A program made the translations under genes and the position numbers. A DNA stretch of 57,903 nt, taken from Psammoneis japonica. Its lineage: Eukaryota. The DNA is taken from positions 62,001 to 119,903 of the forward strand of contig QPGO01000242.1 of NCBI GenBank assembly GCA_008632985.1, written 5' to 3'. Positions 36,540 to 47,669 of this stretch are shown one piece after another (the first letter of the stretch is position 1; the number at the start of each line of letters is the position of its first letter). Under the pieces are notes generated by a model. It made no database searches and was not told the DNA's origin. It saw nothing but the letters and a program-made list of their open reading frames with translations.

Positions 36540-36980
36540 TGCAATGTGCAGCTGCCAATGAGAGTTGATGCATCATGGCAACGTGCTGCAATTTAAATGT
36601 CACAAAGGTCGTGACAAAAACAACCTTTTGTCTGCATGCATGCTGCATCATGAATTTTTGGCGGAGTGGTTCATCGCAACCATTGGGCAGGAGGCCAGGG
36701 GTTCGAAACCCTGAGCGGGAGTTGTCCGCAGCAACGTTGATCACTGTCGAACGCGCAAAACTCTGTGCAGTTCTGTGTGTTCCTTCGCACACACCCACAC
36801 TGTTCCGCCAAAACCGTGCAGTGTCAGCGCACGTCAGCCAAGTGCCGCATGGACGCGCGACACATGGGGAGGAGTGCAGTGCGCAGCTGCTGACAAGAGC
36901 CAATGCATCACGGCGACGTGCTGCAATTTGTGTCACAAAGGTTGTGACAAAAACAACCTTTTGTCTGCATGCACACTGCA
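36540..36980 (+). mobile_element. TRIM-like element, second copy
   Basis: 5' LTR 36540-36647, PPT GGGGAGGAG 36866-36874, 3' LTR 36875-36980, TSD ATGG/ACGG. Confidence 0.85.
36659..36710 (+). promoter_or_regulatory. Candidate Pol III type-2 promoter (A box and B box) inside the TRIM
   Basis: TGGCGGAGTGG (36659-36669) and GGTTCGAAACC (36700-36710) match tRNA A/B-box consensus at tRNA-like spacing; the TGG motif could instead be a PBS. Confidence 0.5.
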
Positions 36981-38239
36981 ACGGGCATCACATCAGTGAT
37001 TGACTGTTTCCTTCATGATCTGGCGGGCATTCCCTTCAGAGTCGATCTGAGTGAATGGGTTCTCTGCAATTGTGTCAGCAGCATGGGAGTCGGTGGATCC
37101 GTCAGGGAATTCCACGTCGCATGTCCTCAAGTCGTTCCCAGTGCCAACAGGAACCCCGTCACCATCTCACTTGTGTGCAATGACCCCAGCATGAGTCAGC
37201 TCGCCTCCTCGTGGTGACATGACTTGAGCTGTGAGACATTCATCCAGCCCTTCCAGGGTGTGCTCATCAGCTTCCGGTTTGGAAGCGTCGGGTTCCACAG
37301 GTTCAACGGCATCGTCCCATTCATCCATGAAGTCATCAGGGAGTTCAGGGAAGTCAGCGCTGGCATCCTTTTCCGGGGCGCTGAGCCGTTTGATCAAAGC
37401 TTGGTCGACCAATGCAAGATCCGTCTGGATCACCGGAGTTTTAAGGTCATCCTCCGGCATGGCCCACACATCCTTCCGAATGATGGGTTTGCCTGATTCG
37501 GGCAAAACAATGAATGCCATTTCGTCAGCGCAGTTGTCAGCTGCGCCAAGCCAATGGCCAACGCACTTTTTTTTGTGTGGGAACTCCACCACAGGCACGC
37601 AGCAATGCACAGGTTGATGCCAATCAAAGAGAGAGAGGGAAGAGATGTCGGGTGTTGAACCTGTCACCTCCTCTTCTGGGACTCGTCCTCCCACATCTGA
37701 CACACTGGCTGCAATCATGCATCAGATGTCACATGTCCATTTGGCGCTGTGGGACCAAAGTCGTCTGTGAGCGCCAGTCCAGCACAGAGTCACACGGACT
37801 CTTTTCTTCAACTCACGAATGGATGCCTCGGCCAGGTTCTGCCAGGGGCTGCATGGAGTGGACACCTCCTGGTGCGTCCTGCATTCCCTGCAGATCTCCT
37901 TGGTCTGGCCTTCCGCCATTTCCAGCGCACCATCCAACACAAGGACCTGCGGTGCGCCAACGTCATGCACAAATGACATGACGGCATCTGGGTGGTCCTG
38001 TTTGCTGAAAAGTGACATCGACAGTTTTTTGAATCGCGTCGTGTGTCGCGCACGCACATTTCTGCGTGACTGTGGCAAAATTTTGTGTGATTTTACAGCG
38101 CAATTGTCAGGCCATGCATTGACCAACTTTTGACATTTTTTTCTTCTGCGCCGTTCTCGCTCCTTGAAAAGACATGTTTGTTTTTTTTGAAACCACGTGT
38201 TTGTTTTCCTTGAAACGACATGTTTGTTTTCCTTGAAAA

Positions 38240-38483
38240 NNNNNNNNNNNNNNNNNNNNNNNNNNNNNNNNNNNNNNNNNNNNNNNNNNNNNNNNNNNNN
38301 NNNNNNNNNNNNNNNNNNNNNNNNNNNNNNNNNNNNNNNNNNNNNNNNNNNNNNNNNNNNNNNNNNNNNNNNNNNNNNNNNNNNNNNNNNNNNNNNNNNN
38401 NNNNNNNNNNNNNNNNNNNNNNNNNNNNNNNNNNNNNNNNNNNNNNNNNNNNNNNNNNNNNNNNNNNNNNNNNNNNNNNNNNN
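38240..38483. other. Assembly gap (244 N)
   Basis: Run of N. Confidence 1.
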
Positions 38484-39050
38484 TTTCAAGGAAAACAAAC
38501 ATGTCGTTTCAAAGAAAACAAACATGTCTTTTCAAGGAAAACAAACATGTCTTTTCAAGGAAAACAAACATTTTGTTTCAAAGAAAACAAACATGTCTTT
38601 TTAATGAAAACAAACATGTCGTTTCAAGGAAAACAAACGTGTCATTTTAATGAAAACAAACATGTGGTTTCAAGGAAAACAAACATGTGGTTTCAAGGAA
38701 AACAAACATGTCGTTTCAAGGAAAACAAACATGTCATTTCAAAGAAAACAAACATGCCATTTCAAGGAAAACAATCATGTTGTTTCAAGGAAAACAATTG
38801 TGTGTTGTCAAGGAAAACAAACATGTCGTTTCAAGGAAAACAAACATGCCATTTCAAGGAAAACAAACATGTTGTTTCAAGGAAAACAAATGTGTCTTTT
38901 CAAGGAAAACAAACATGTCTTTTCTGGGAAAACAAACACGTTGTTTCAAGGAAAACAAATGTGTCTTTTCAAGGAAAACAAACATGTCGTTTCAAAGAAA
39001 ACAAACATGTCTTTTCAATGAAAACAATCAAGTCGTTTCAAGGAAAACAA
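38484..39050 (+). repeat. 23-bp satellite array
   Basis: Tandem units. Confidence 0.96.
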
Positions 39051-39985
39051 ATGTTGTGCTGCTGGGGCCGCTGATTGAGCAACAGCGAGCCAATCGCCAA
39101 TGGCACACAAGCTGCCTGTGTTCGTGACAGCACATCAGCATTCATTCAGTCCCCTTGAGCTGACGCTGGCTCCTCTTGGGTCAGATCGACAGACAAATGC
39201 AACCTGATGCTGCCCCACTCCAGGGCAGCAGCCACATTTTGGAGGTGGGAAGTGCCGCACCTGCGCGGCAAACCCGTTTGGTTTGTCCCCTTTTGGGGCT
39301 CGCCACAGGACGTGACTTGTGATTTCCCGGAGCTTCGGTCCAGCCAACAACTTGGTCAGCGCGTCTGCCAGATTCGTGTGCCCGTCTTCCCAAGCAATGC
39401 GCGCTGTTCCAGCGGCTTGTGCCTTGCGAGTCCTGTGACAGGTGGCTGCATTGTGCTTCTTCTTCAAAGTGGACTCCGGTTTGGTTGAGTTCTTGAAGAC
39501 AGCTTCATTGTCGCAGAAAACATCAGTGGCCCCATCCATGGGGATTCTGAGCATCCGAAGCTTGCAGCGCAAGGCTTCGATTTGCTCCACTGCAGTCTTC
39601 ACAGCCAGGAACTCCGACCCAAAAGCAGAGGACTCTGCGGCATTCTGCTGCTTGGAGCAATGCAAGATGGGTGCTCGTTGGACAAATGTCAGGATCCCAG
39701 TGTGGGACCTGCGCGTCACACGGCATCCGGCGCGATCAGCGTCGACAAAGCAAGCAGTGGTCACGCTGTGCCCGCGTGCCTCCGGCACATTCGGCCACAT
39801 TGGCTCAGCCGCGCCAGGGCGACATTCTCGCCAATCACACTTGGCAAAGCAACTCTCATCAAAGATGGGCTCAGTGTCGTCGAACATTGGCGCAGACTCA
39901 GAGCGAGCCTCCAAGCATGCAAAGATGTGGAGCACCTCGTCCAGGTGTCCAACTCATGGTGCCGCCAAGCAGGAGGACATGAGGG
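39051..39985 (-). mobile_element. Copia 3' end: RT tail, RNase H, PPT and start of 3' LTR
   Basis: FVDAD.AGCRVTRRSHTG, FGSEF, FCDNEAV, PESTLKKKHN, NLADALTK; PPT TCAAGGGGAC (39158-39149) then TGAATGAATGCTG (from 39148), matching the LTR upstream of gag. Confidence 0.92.
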
Positions 39986-40614
39986 GTGGACGTCCAGATT
40001 GTTCCGTTCATGTGGCCGGTCTCCCCCAATGTCATTGTGAGAGACACTGGCCTGAGCAGCCAAGCAGCGATGCAGCCGGACTTTGACAGTCCTTGGCACA
40101 CACTGGCGCATGCGCGCTCTTCCTCATTTTGCACCATGGCATCAGCAGAAGGTTCCCATCCAAGGGATGTTTGTTTTCCTTGAAATGACACATTTGTTTT
40201 CCTTGAAACCACGTGCTTGTTTTCCTTGAAATGCAAACCCACACATTTTCAACATTTCGCGCACTCTGGTGCATGTGTTGTGCACAGCATCATCACACAG
40301 CATTTGCCCAACTCTCCCGCTCATCGCAGGATGGGTTGTCTCCATGTGGCGCATCTGCACAGCGGAATTGCAAATTTGACCATGCACTCCCTCTGTCAGG
40401 CAGGATGGGTTGGTGCCATGTGGCGCACCCGGCCAAGGGAGGAGTGGGTTCGAAGCCCAGCCGCCCACCCCAGATGGGGTTGGAAAGGGGCAAGCCGAGA
40501 AAGAAAAGGAGGCTTTGATTTGAGGCCAATTCGAGCCAGCACCCTCAGGAAGTGCAGCGCACATTCAGGCATGTGTTGTGCACAGCATCGTTGCACAGCA
40601 TTTGTCCAACTGAG

Positions 40615-42262
40615 CATGTCTTTTCAAGGAAAACAAACATGTTTTCCTTGAAAAGACACGCTTGTTTTCCTTGAAAAGACGTGCTTGTTTTCCTTGAAAC
40701 CACATGTTTGTTTTCCTTGAAAAGACATGTTTGTTTTCCTTGAAAAGACACGTTTGTTTTCCTTGAAACCACGTGTTTGTTTTCCTTGAAACGACATGTT
40801 TGTTTTCCTTGAAACGACATGTTTGTTTTCAAGACATGCCTGTTTTCCTTGAAACGACATGTTTGTTTTCATTGAAAAGACACACTTGTTTTCCCTGAAA
40901 AGACATGTTTGTTTTCCTTGAAACGACACGATTGCTTTTCTTGAAATGACATGTTTGTTTTCCTTGAAACGACATGTTTGTTTTCCTTGAAACCACATGT
41001 TTGTTTTCTTTGAAATGACATGTTTGTTTTCCTTGAAAAGACATGTTTGTTTTCCTTGAAATGAGGCATTTGTTTTCCTTGAAACGACATGTTTGTTTCA
41101 ATTGAAAAGACGTGTTTGTTTTCCTTGAAACAACACGTTTGTTTTCTTTGAAACGACGTGTTTGTTTTCCTTGAAATGACACGTTTGTTTTCCTTGAAAT
41201 GACATGCTTGTTTTCTGTGAAACGACATGTTTGTTTTCCTTGAAACGACATGTTTGTTTTCCTTGAAACGACACGTTTGTTTTCAAGTTTGTTTTCAAAG
41301 AAAACAAACACATGGTTTCAAGGAAAACAAACATTTTGTTTCAGGGAAAACAAACATGTCTTTTCAAGAAAAAAAACATGTCTTTTCAAGGAAAACAAAC
41401 ATGTTTTTTCAAAGAAAACAAATGTGTCTTTTCAAGGAAAACAAATGTGTTATTTTGGGGAAAACAAACATGTGGTTTCAGGGAAAACAATCATGTCTTT
41501 TCAAGGAAAACAAACGTGCATTTTCAAGAAAAACAAACATGTCATTTCAAAGAAAACAAACATGTCTCTTCAAGGAAAACAAACGTGTCGTTTCAAGGAA
41601 AACAAACATGTGGTTTCAAGGAAAACAAATGTGTGGTTTCAAAGAAAACAAACATGTCTTTTCAAAGAAGAAAACATTTCTTTTCAAAGAAAACAAACAT
41701 GTCATTTCAAGGAAAACAAACATGTCTTTTCAAGGAAAACAAACATGTCTTTTCAAGGAAAACAAACATGTCATTTCAAGGAAAACAAACATGTTGTTTC
41801 GAGGAAAACAAACATGTGTTTTCAAGGAAAACCAACACGTGGTTTCAAGGAAAACAAACATGTCGTTTCATGGAAAACAAACGTGTTGTTTCAAGGAAAA
41901 CAAACATGTTTTTTCAAGGAAAACAAACATGTCATTTTAAGGAAAACAAGCATGTGTTTTCAAGGAAAACAGACATGTTGTTTCAAGGAAAACAAACACA
42001 TTGTTTCATGGAAAACAAACATGTCATTTCAAGGAAAACAAACATGTCTTTTCATGGAAAACAAACACGTGGTTTCAAGGAAAAGAAACATGTGTTTTCA
42101 AGGAAAACAAAGGTGTCTTTTCAAGGAAAGCAAACATGTCATTTCAAGGAAAACAAACATGAACAAACATGTGGTTTCAAGGAAAACAGACATGTCGTTT
42201 CAGGGAAAACAAGCATGTCTTTTCAAGGAAAACGAACATGTCTTTTCAAGGAAAACAAGCAT
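40615..42262. repeat. 23-bp satellite, inverted block then forward block (switch ~41285)
   Basis: Tandem units in both orientations. Confidence 0.96.
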
Positions 42263-43589
42263 GGCACCAACCCATCCTGCCTGACAGAGGGAGTGCATGG
42301 TCAAACTCGCAAGTCCGCTGCGCAGATGCACCACATGGCGACAACCCATCCTGCGATGAGAGGGAGAGTTGGACAAATGCTGTGCGATGATGCTGTGCAC
42401 AACACACGCATCAGAGTGCACGAAACGTTAAAAATGTGTTGATTTGCATGATGGCAATTTGTCAAAATGTTGCAAAAAATTGTTGTCGCACAATGACAGG
42501 CCAACCTCTGGTTGCAAGTTTGCTGTGCCAATGTCGCGACAACTTGTTGAGAATCATGTGTGCCATTTTTCACTGTGCCCACATCGCCATTTCTGCCTCC
42601 ACCTTGTTGCCATGTGCCAACCCATGATTGCGTTGCCGCGCAATCCTTGGTTTGTCATTTTTTGCAAACAGGGGTGTCATCACAGAACCACTTGCATGCC
42701 TGCTTGTTCCTTCGTTTGCTGCCAGCGACAGTGTCTGGGCCAAGCAGATCCCATGTCGGCACAATCGGGATGTCTTTCTTTTCGTCAATGTCGCGGCTTG
42801 ACTTTTTCCTGCCTTGCTTTTTCCTCTTGACTGTCGCCTTGAGTTTCTTTTCTTTTTCCTTTCCCTCTTCCTTGGCGACAACGCCTGCACAGACAAAGCA
42901 TTGCCGTCATCTTTTTGTGAGATGTGCGCAACTCTCGAGTCACACACATTGGTCACCCAACTTGCGGGCCAATGCCTCCGCCCCAACAGCCAAACACACC
43001 GTGCTTCTGAGATTGTCAACTTGCCTTTTTGCCACCTCTTTTGCCCATTCCTCCCAAGTTCCTGACCAATTTGAAGTGTCCATGTTGCCACCAGCAATCT
43101 GTTTCTTGACAAACATTGAGACGCTCAAGTTGCTTGCCAACTCTGATGGACTGAGAAACTTCACCTGTGAAAAGAGATCATTTCCAGCCACCTTCTCCAC
43201 TTCTGGTTTCAGTGCACCATGCGCTGCCTGCGCGCCCACTCTCTTCAACACTGCCTGAAGTCTCAGGCTCATTGGCTCAACATTCTCATTTTTCTTTCTC
43301 TTCTTTGCCGGTGGTGCTGGATTGGCGGCGGCAGGTTTTGACCGCCAGACACCAAAAAAGGAGTTGCTCAATTGCGGGTGCTGCTCAAGCACTCCAGAGG
43401 TGTCACACATTTTCATCTGGGAGAGGATCAACCCCAAAAATTGCTGCACATTGCAGTCTCATGGATCCAACTGAACTTGGGGACAGGCGTGAGCTTCTTG
43501 TGGTGTGCAGATGCTGTTCTCCTGCACATGGAATCATGTTGGTTTGCTTCCGTCAGTGCGTTCTTGCGCAGAATTCAAGGCAAACTCAT

Positions 43590-44007
43590 GTTGTTTTAAG
43601 AAAGACAAACGTGTCATTTCAAAAAAAATGTCAATTCAAGGAAAACAAATGAAAACAAACATGTCTTTTCAAGGAAAACAAACATTTCGTTTCAATGAAA
43701 ACAAACATGTCGTTTCAAGGAAAATGAACACGTCGTTTCAAAGAAAACAAACGTGCCATTTCAAGGAAAACAAACGCGTTGTTTCAAGGAAAACAAATGT
43801 GTGCATTCAAGGAAAACAAACATGTCGTTTCAAGGAAAACAAACATGCCATTTCAAGGAAAACAAACATGTTGTTTCAAGGACAACAAGTGTGTCTTTTC
43901 AAGGAAAACAAACATGTGGTTTCAAGGAAAACAAACACGTCATTTCAAGGAAATCAAACATGTCTTTTCAATGAAAACAAACATGTCGTTTCAAGGAAAA
44001 CAAACAT
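43590..44007 (+). repeat. 23-bp satellite array
   Basis: Tandem units. Confidence 0.94.
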
Positions 44008-44865
44008 GGCAGAGGTGCTGGTGGGAACTTTGGGAAGAGCACAGCAAGTTGGTTCATGGGCACAATGTTGATTCTTGGAAATCATCTCAACAGAGGAAGG
44101 CGGAAGCCAAACTGACGGCGACATGCAACAAATGACAAGAATGCTTGGCGAAGGACAGAGGCGCATTGCTGGATTCGGTCGAAGAACAACTGTCATTTTC
44201 AACATCGAGGGTCCAAAGCTGGATCTCTGTGGTCCGTCCAAGACTAAAAGACAGCCTGAAAGAAGCCAAACGACTGGCAAAAATTGACAATGTGACCCGT
44301 GCTGCTCTCTGTTCAGCGGCGAGCAACTGTTTGGTGAGAAAGGTCCAGCCAGGGAGAACACAGGTCATCAAGGAGAGATGGCATGCACGGCAGCATCTCC
44401 ATGGTTCCACATGATCATGTCAACAAGATCAAAGGAAAAGAGCTGTTGCTCTTGTGTCAGAGTTTGTTCAACTGAGTCCTCTGGGTGCCAACTGGAGCCA
44501 AGCATTGTCTGAGGGTTTTGTGCGGAGCACAAGCTGAGAGCTGAGTGCCAGAGCGGGACTTGAGCCTGTCTGCAAGTTTTGGCGGCGCTGCTCTGTGCCT
44601 GCTTTTGCTTGGTTTGAGGTGGGGTGTTTGTTTTCCTTGAAAAGACACGTTTGTTTTCCTTGAAATGACGCGCTTGTTTTCCCTGAAACAACGTGTTTGT
44701 TTTCTTTGAAATGACATGTTTGTTTTCCTTGAAATGACATGTTTGTTTTCATTGAAAAGACATTTTTGTTTTCCTTGAAACGACATGTTTGTTTTCCTTG
44801 AAAAGACATTTTTTTCCCCTTGAAACGACATGTTTGTTTTCCTTGAAAAGACATGTTTGTTTTCA

Positions 44866-45274
44866 CCAATCAAAGAGAGAGAGGGAAGAGATGTCGGGTG
44901 TTGAACCTGTCACCTCCTCTTCTGGGACTCGTCCTCCCATGTCTGACACACTGGCTGCAATCATGCGTCGGATGTCACATGTCCATTTGGCGCTGTGGGA
45001 CCAAAGTCGTCTGTGAGCGCCAGTCCAGCGCAGAGTCACACGGGCTCTTTTCTTCAACTCACGAATGGATGCCTCGGCCAGGTTCTGCCAGGGGCTGCAT
45101 GGAGTGGACACCTCCTGGTGCATCCTGCATTCCCTGCAGATCTCCTTGGTCTGGCCTTCCGCCATTTCCGGTGTGCCATCCGACACAAGGACCTGCGGTG
45201 TGCCAACGTCATGCACAAATGACATGACGGCATCTGGGTGGTCCTGTTTCCTCTTCCAAGGATGGAACCTGTCA
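44866..45274 (-). pseudogene. Copia integrase fragment
   Basis: DRFHPWKRKQDHPDA...SPWQNLAE...FDW, with the same satellite junction as copies A-C. Confidence 0.88.
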
Positions 45275-45712
45275 TCTCCTTGCGAGATGCACGCAACTCT
45301 CGACTCACACACATTGGTCACCCAACTTGCGGGCCATTGCCTCTGCCCCAACAGCCGAACACACCGTGTTTCTGAGATTGTCAACTTGCCTTTTTGCCGC
45401 CTCTTTTGCCCATTCCTCCCAAGTTCCTGACCAATTTGAAGTGTCCATGTTGCCACCAGCAATCTGTTTCTTGACAAACATTGAGACGCTCCCATTGCTT
45501 GCCAACTCTGATGGACTGAGAAACTTCACCTGTGAAAAGAGATCATTTCCAGCCACCTTCTCCACTTCTGGTTTCAGTGCACCACGTGCTGCCTGCGTGC
45601 CCATTCTCTTCAACACTGCCTGAAGTCTCAGGCTCATTGGCTCAACAGTCTCATTTTTCTTTCTCTTCTTTGCCGGTGGTGCTGGAGACGACATCTTGAT
45701 CTTTTCACAGCA

Positions 45713-45972
45713 GGCCTGTTCCAGCTCCAGGTGCTCCGCGTGGGTTCGATTCCCATCATTTGGAAATTTGTGCATTTGGCGCAATTGACTTTTTCCAAAT
45801 CCGTTTTTTGGCAAATCAAAGGGTGAGTGTGCACTTTGCATGCATTTTCGGGTGTACACTCACCTTTCGATTTTCGAAACGATCAAAATTGAAGGAGTCA
45901 ATTGCGCTAAACTGCGCAGAAAATCGGCCTCTCGCATGATGAAAAGCAGAGCACCTGGAGCTGGAACAGGCC
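45713..45972. mobile_element. 260-bp MITE with perfect 24-bp TIRs and 4-bp TSD
   Basis: GGCCTGTTCCAGCTCCAGGTGCTC (45713-45736) and its reverse complement (45949-45972); TSD AGCA (45709-45712, 45973-45976); empty site at ~13405. Confidence 0.92.
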
Positions 45973-46439
45973 AGCAACAATGAGAGGAGCATTGCTGCTC
46001 GACAGTGCAGCCGTCATTTGGGTCATGTTGAGACAGCCAGCCACTCCATTTTTCTCCACAACATTGAACAAATTGTTGTCAGCAACCACGCTGCTGCAGT
46101 GCATCCTTGCTCCAAAGAGTGCGCGCCAATGAGGAATGTCCCCATTTGCATGGCTGCTGCCATGTGGGTTGATCCAGCCAATGGACAGCCACGCCCACTG
46201 CCAGCCCACAAGGCTGTGTTTTTCAGGGAAAGAATGACTGACACCCTGCTGTGCCCCAGCCAACTGTGAGCAAGTGAGCTGACTGTCCACGACACCCCTC
46301 GCCAGTTTGACCCCAACAGCGCGCACTCTGTTGTTTTCCCTGACTTGAAAATCAGGGTGCTTCTGCGCGCGCAAGGTGAGTTGAGTGCCAGAGCGGGACT
46401 TGGGCCTGTCTGCAGAGAAGACTTCAATGTCAAGGTCAA

Positions 46440-47669
46440 ACAAACATGTCTTGACAACAAACATGTCGTTTCAAGGAAAACAAACATGTCGCTTCAAGAA
46501 AAATTGGCTTTTCAAGGAAAACAACACGGCGTTTCAAGGAAAACAAACATGTGGTTTCAATGAAAACAACCATGTCTTTTCTGGGAAAACAAATGTGTTG
46601 TTTCAAAGAAAACAAACATGTCTTTTCAAGGAAAACAAACATTTCGTTTCAAGGAAAACAAACATGTCTTTTCAAGGAAAACAAACGTGTCGTTTCAAGG
46701 AAAACAAACATGTCTTTTCAACGAAAACAAACGTGTCATTTCAAAGAAAACAAACATGTGGTTTCAAGGAAAACAAACATGTCTTTTCAAGGAAAACAAA
46801 CATGTCTTTTCAAGGAAAACAAATGTGTCATTTCAAGAAAAACAATCGCGTCATTTCAAGGAAAACAAACATGTCTTTTCAGGGAAAACAAACATGTCTT
46901 TTCAATGAAAACAAACATGTCGTTTCAAGGAAAACAAACATGTCTTGAAAACAAACATGTCTTTTCAAGGAAAACAAACATGTCATTTCAAGGAAAACAA
47001 ACATGTCGTTTCAAGGGGGAAAAAAATGTGGTTTCAAAAAAACCAAACATGTCTTTTCAAGGAGCGAGAATGGCGTAGAAGAAAAAAATGTCAAAAGTTG
47101 ATCAATGCATGGCCTGACAATTGCGCTGTAAAATCACACAAAATTTCACCACAGTCACGCAGAAATGTGCACACGCAACACACGACGCGATTCAAAAAAC
47201 TGTCGATGTCACAGTTCAGCAGTGTGAGGTCCCACCTAGACCTGGAACGCGTCTGTCGTTTCAAGGAAAACAAATGTGTGTTTTCAAGGAAAACAAACAT
47301 GTCGTTTCAAGGAAAACAAACACGCCATTTCAAGGAAAACAAACATGTGGTTTCAAGGAAAACAAACATGTGGTTTCAAGGAAAACAAACATGTCGTTTC
47401 AAGGAAATCCAACATGTCTTTTCAATGAAAACAAACACATTGTTTCAAGGAAAACAAACATGTCTTTTCAAGGAAAACAAACACGTGGTTTCAGGGAAAA
47501 CAAACATGTCTTTTCAAGGAAACCAAACATGTCTTGAAAACAAACATGTCTTTTCAAGGAAAACAAACATGTCATTTCAAGGAAAGCAAGTGTGTCTTTT
47601 CAAGGAAAACAAACATGTCTTTTCATTGAAAACAAACATGTTGTTTCAAGGAAAACAAACATGTTGTTT
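46440..47669 (+). repeat. 23-bp satellite arrays with a MITE-like fragment at ~47062-47250
   Basis: Tandem units. Confidence 0.93.

Larger units (their letters stand above)
36401..38003 (-). pseudogene. Copia integrase C-terminus and post-integrase region, carrying the TRIM
   Basis: SPWQNLAE, TPDIS..FDWHQPVH, GHWLGAA, DECLTAQVMSPRGGE, EWKDGTASWVPLKDLK. Confidence 0.9.

Noticed and set aside
36655..36725. Bona fide tRNA gene
   Set aside because: A and B boxes are present but I could not form acceptor or anticodon stems; it lies inside a TRIM
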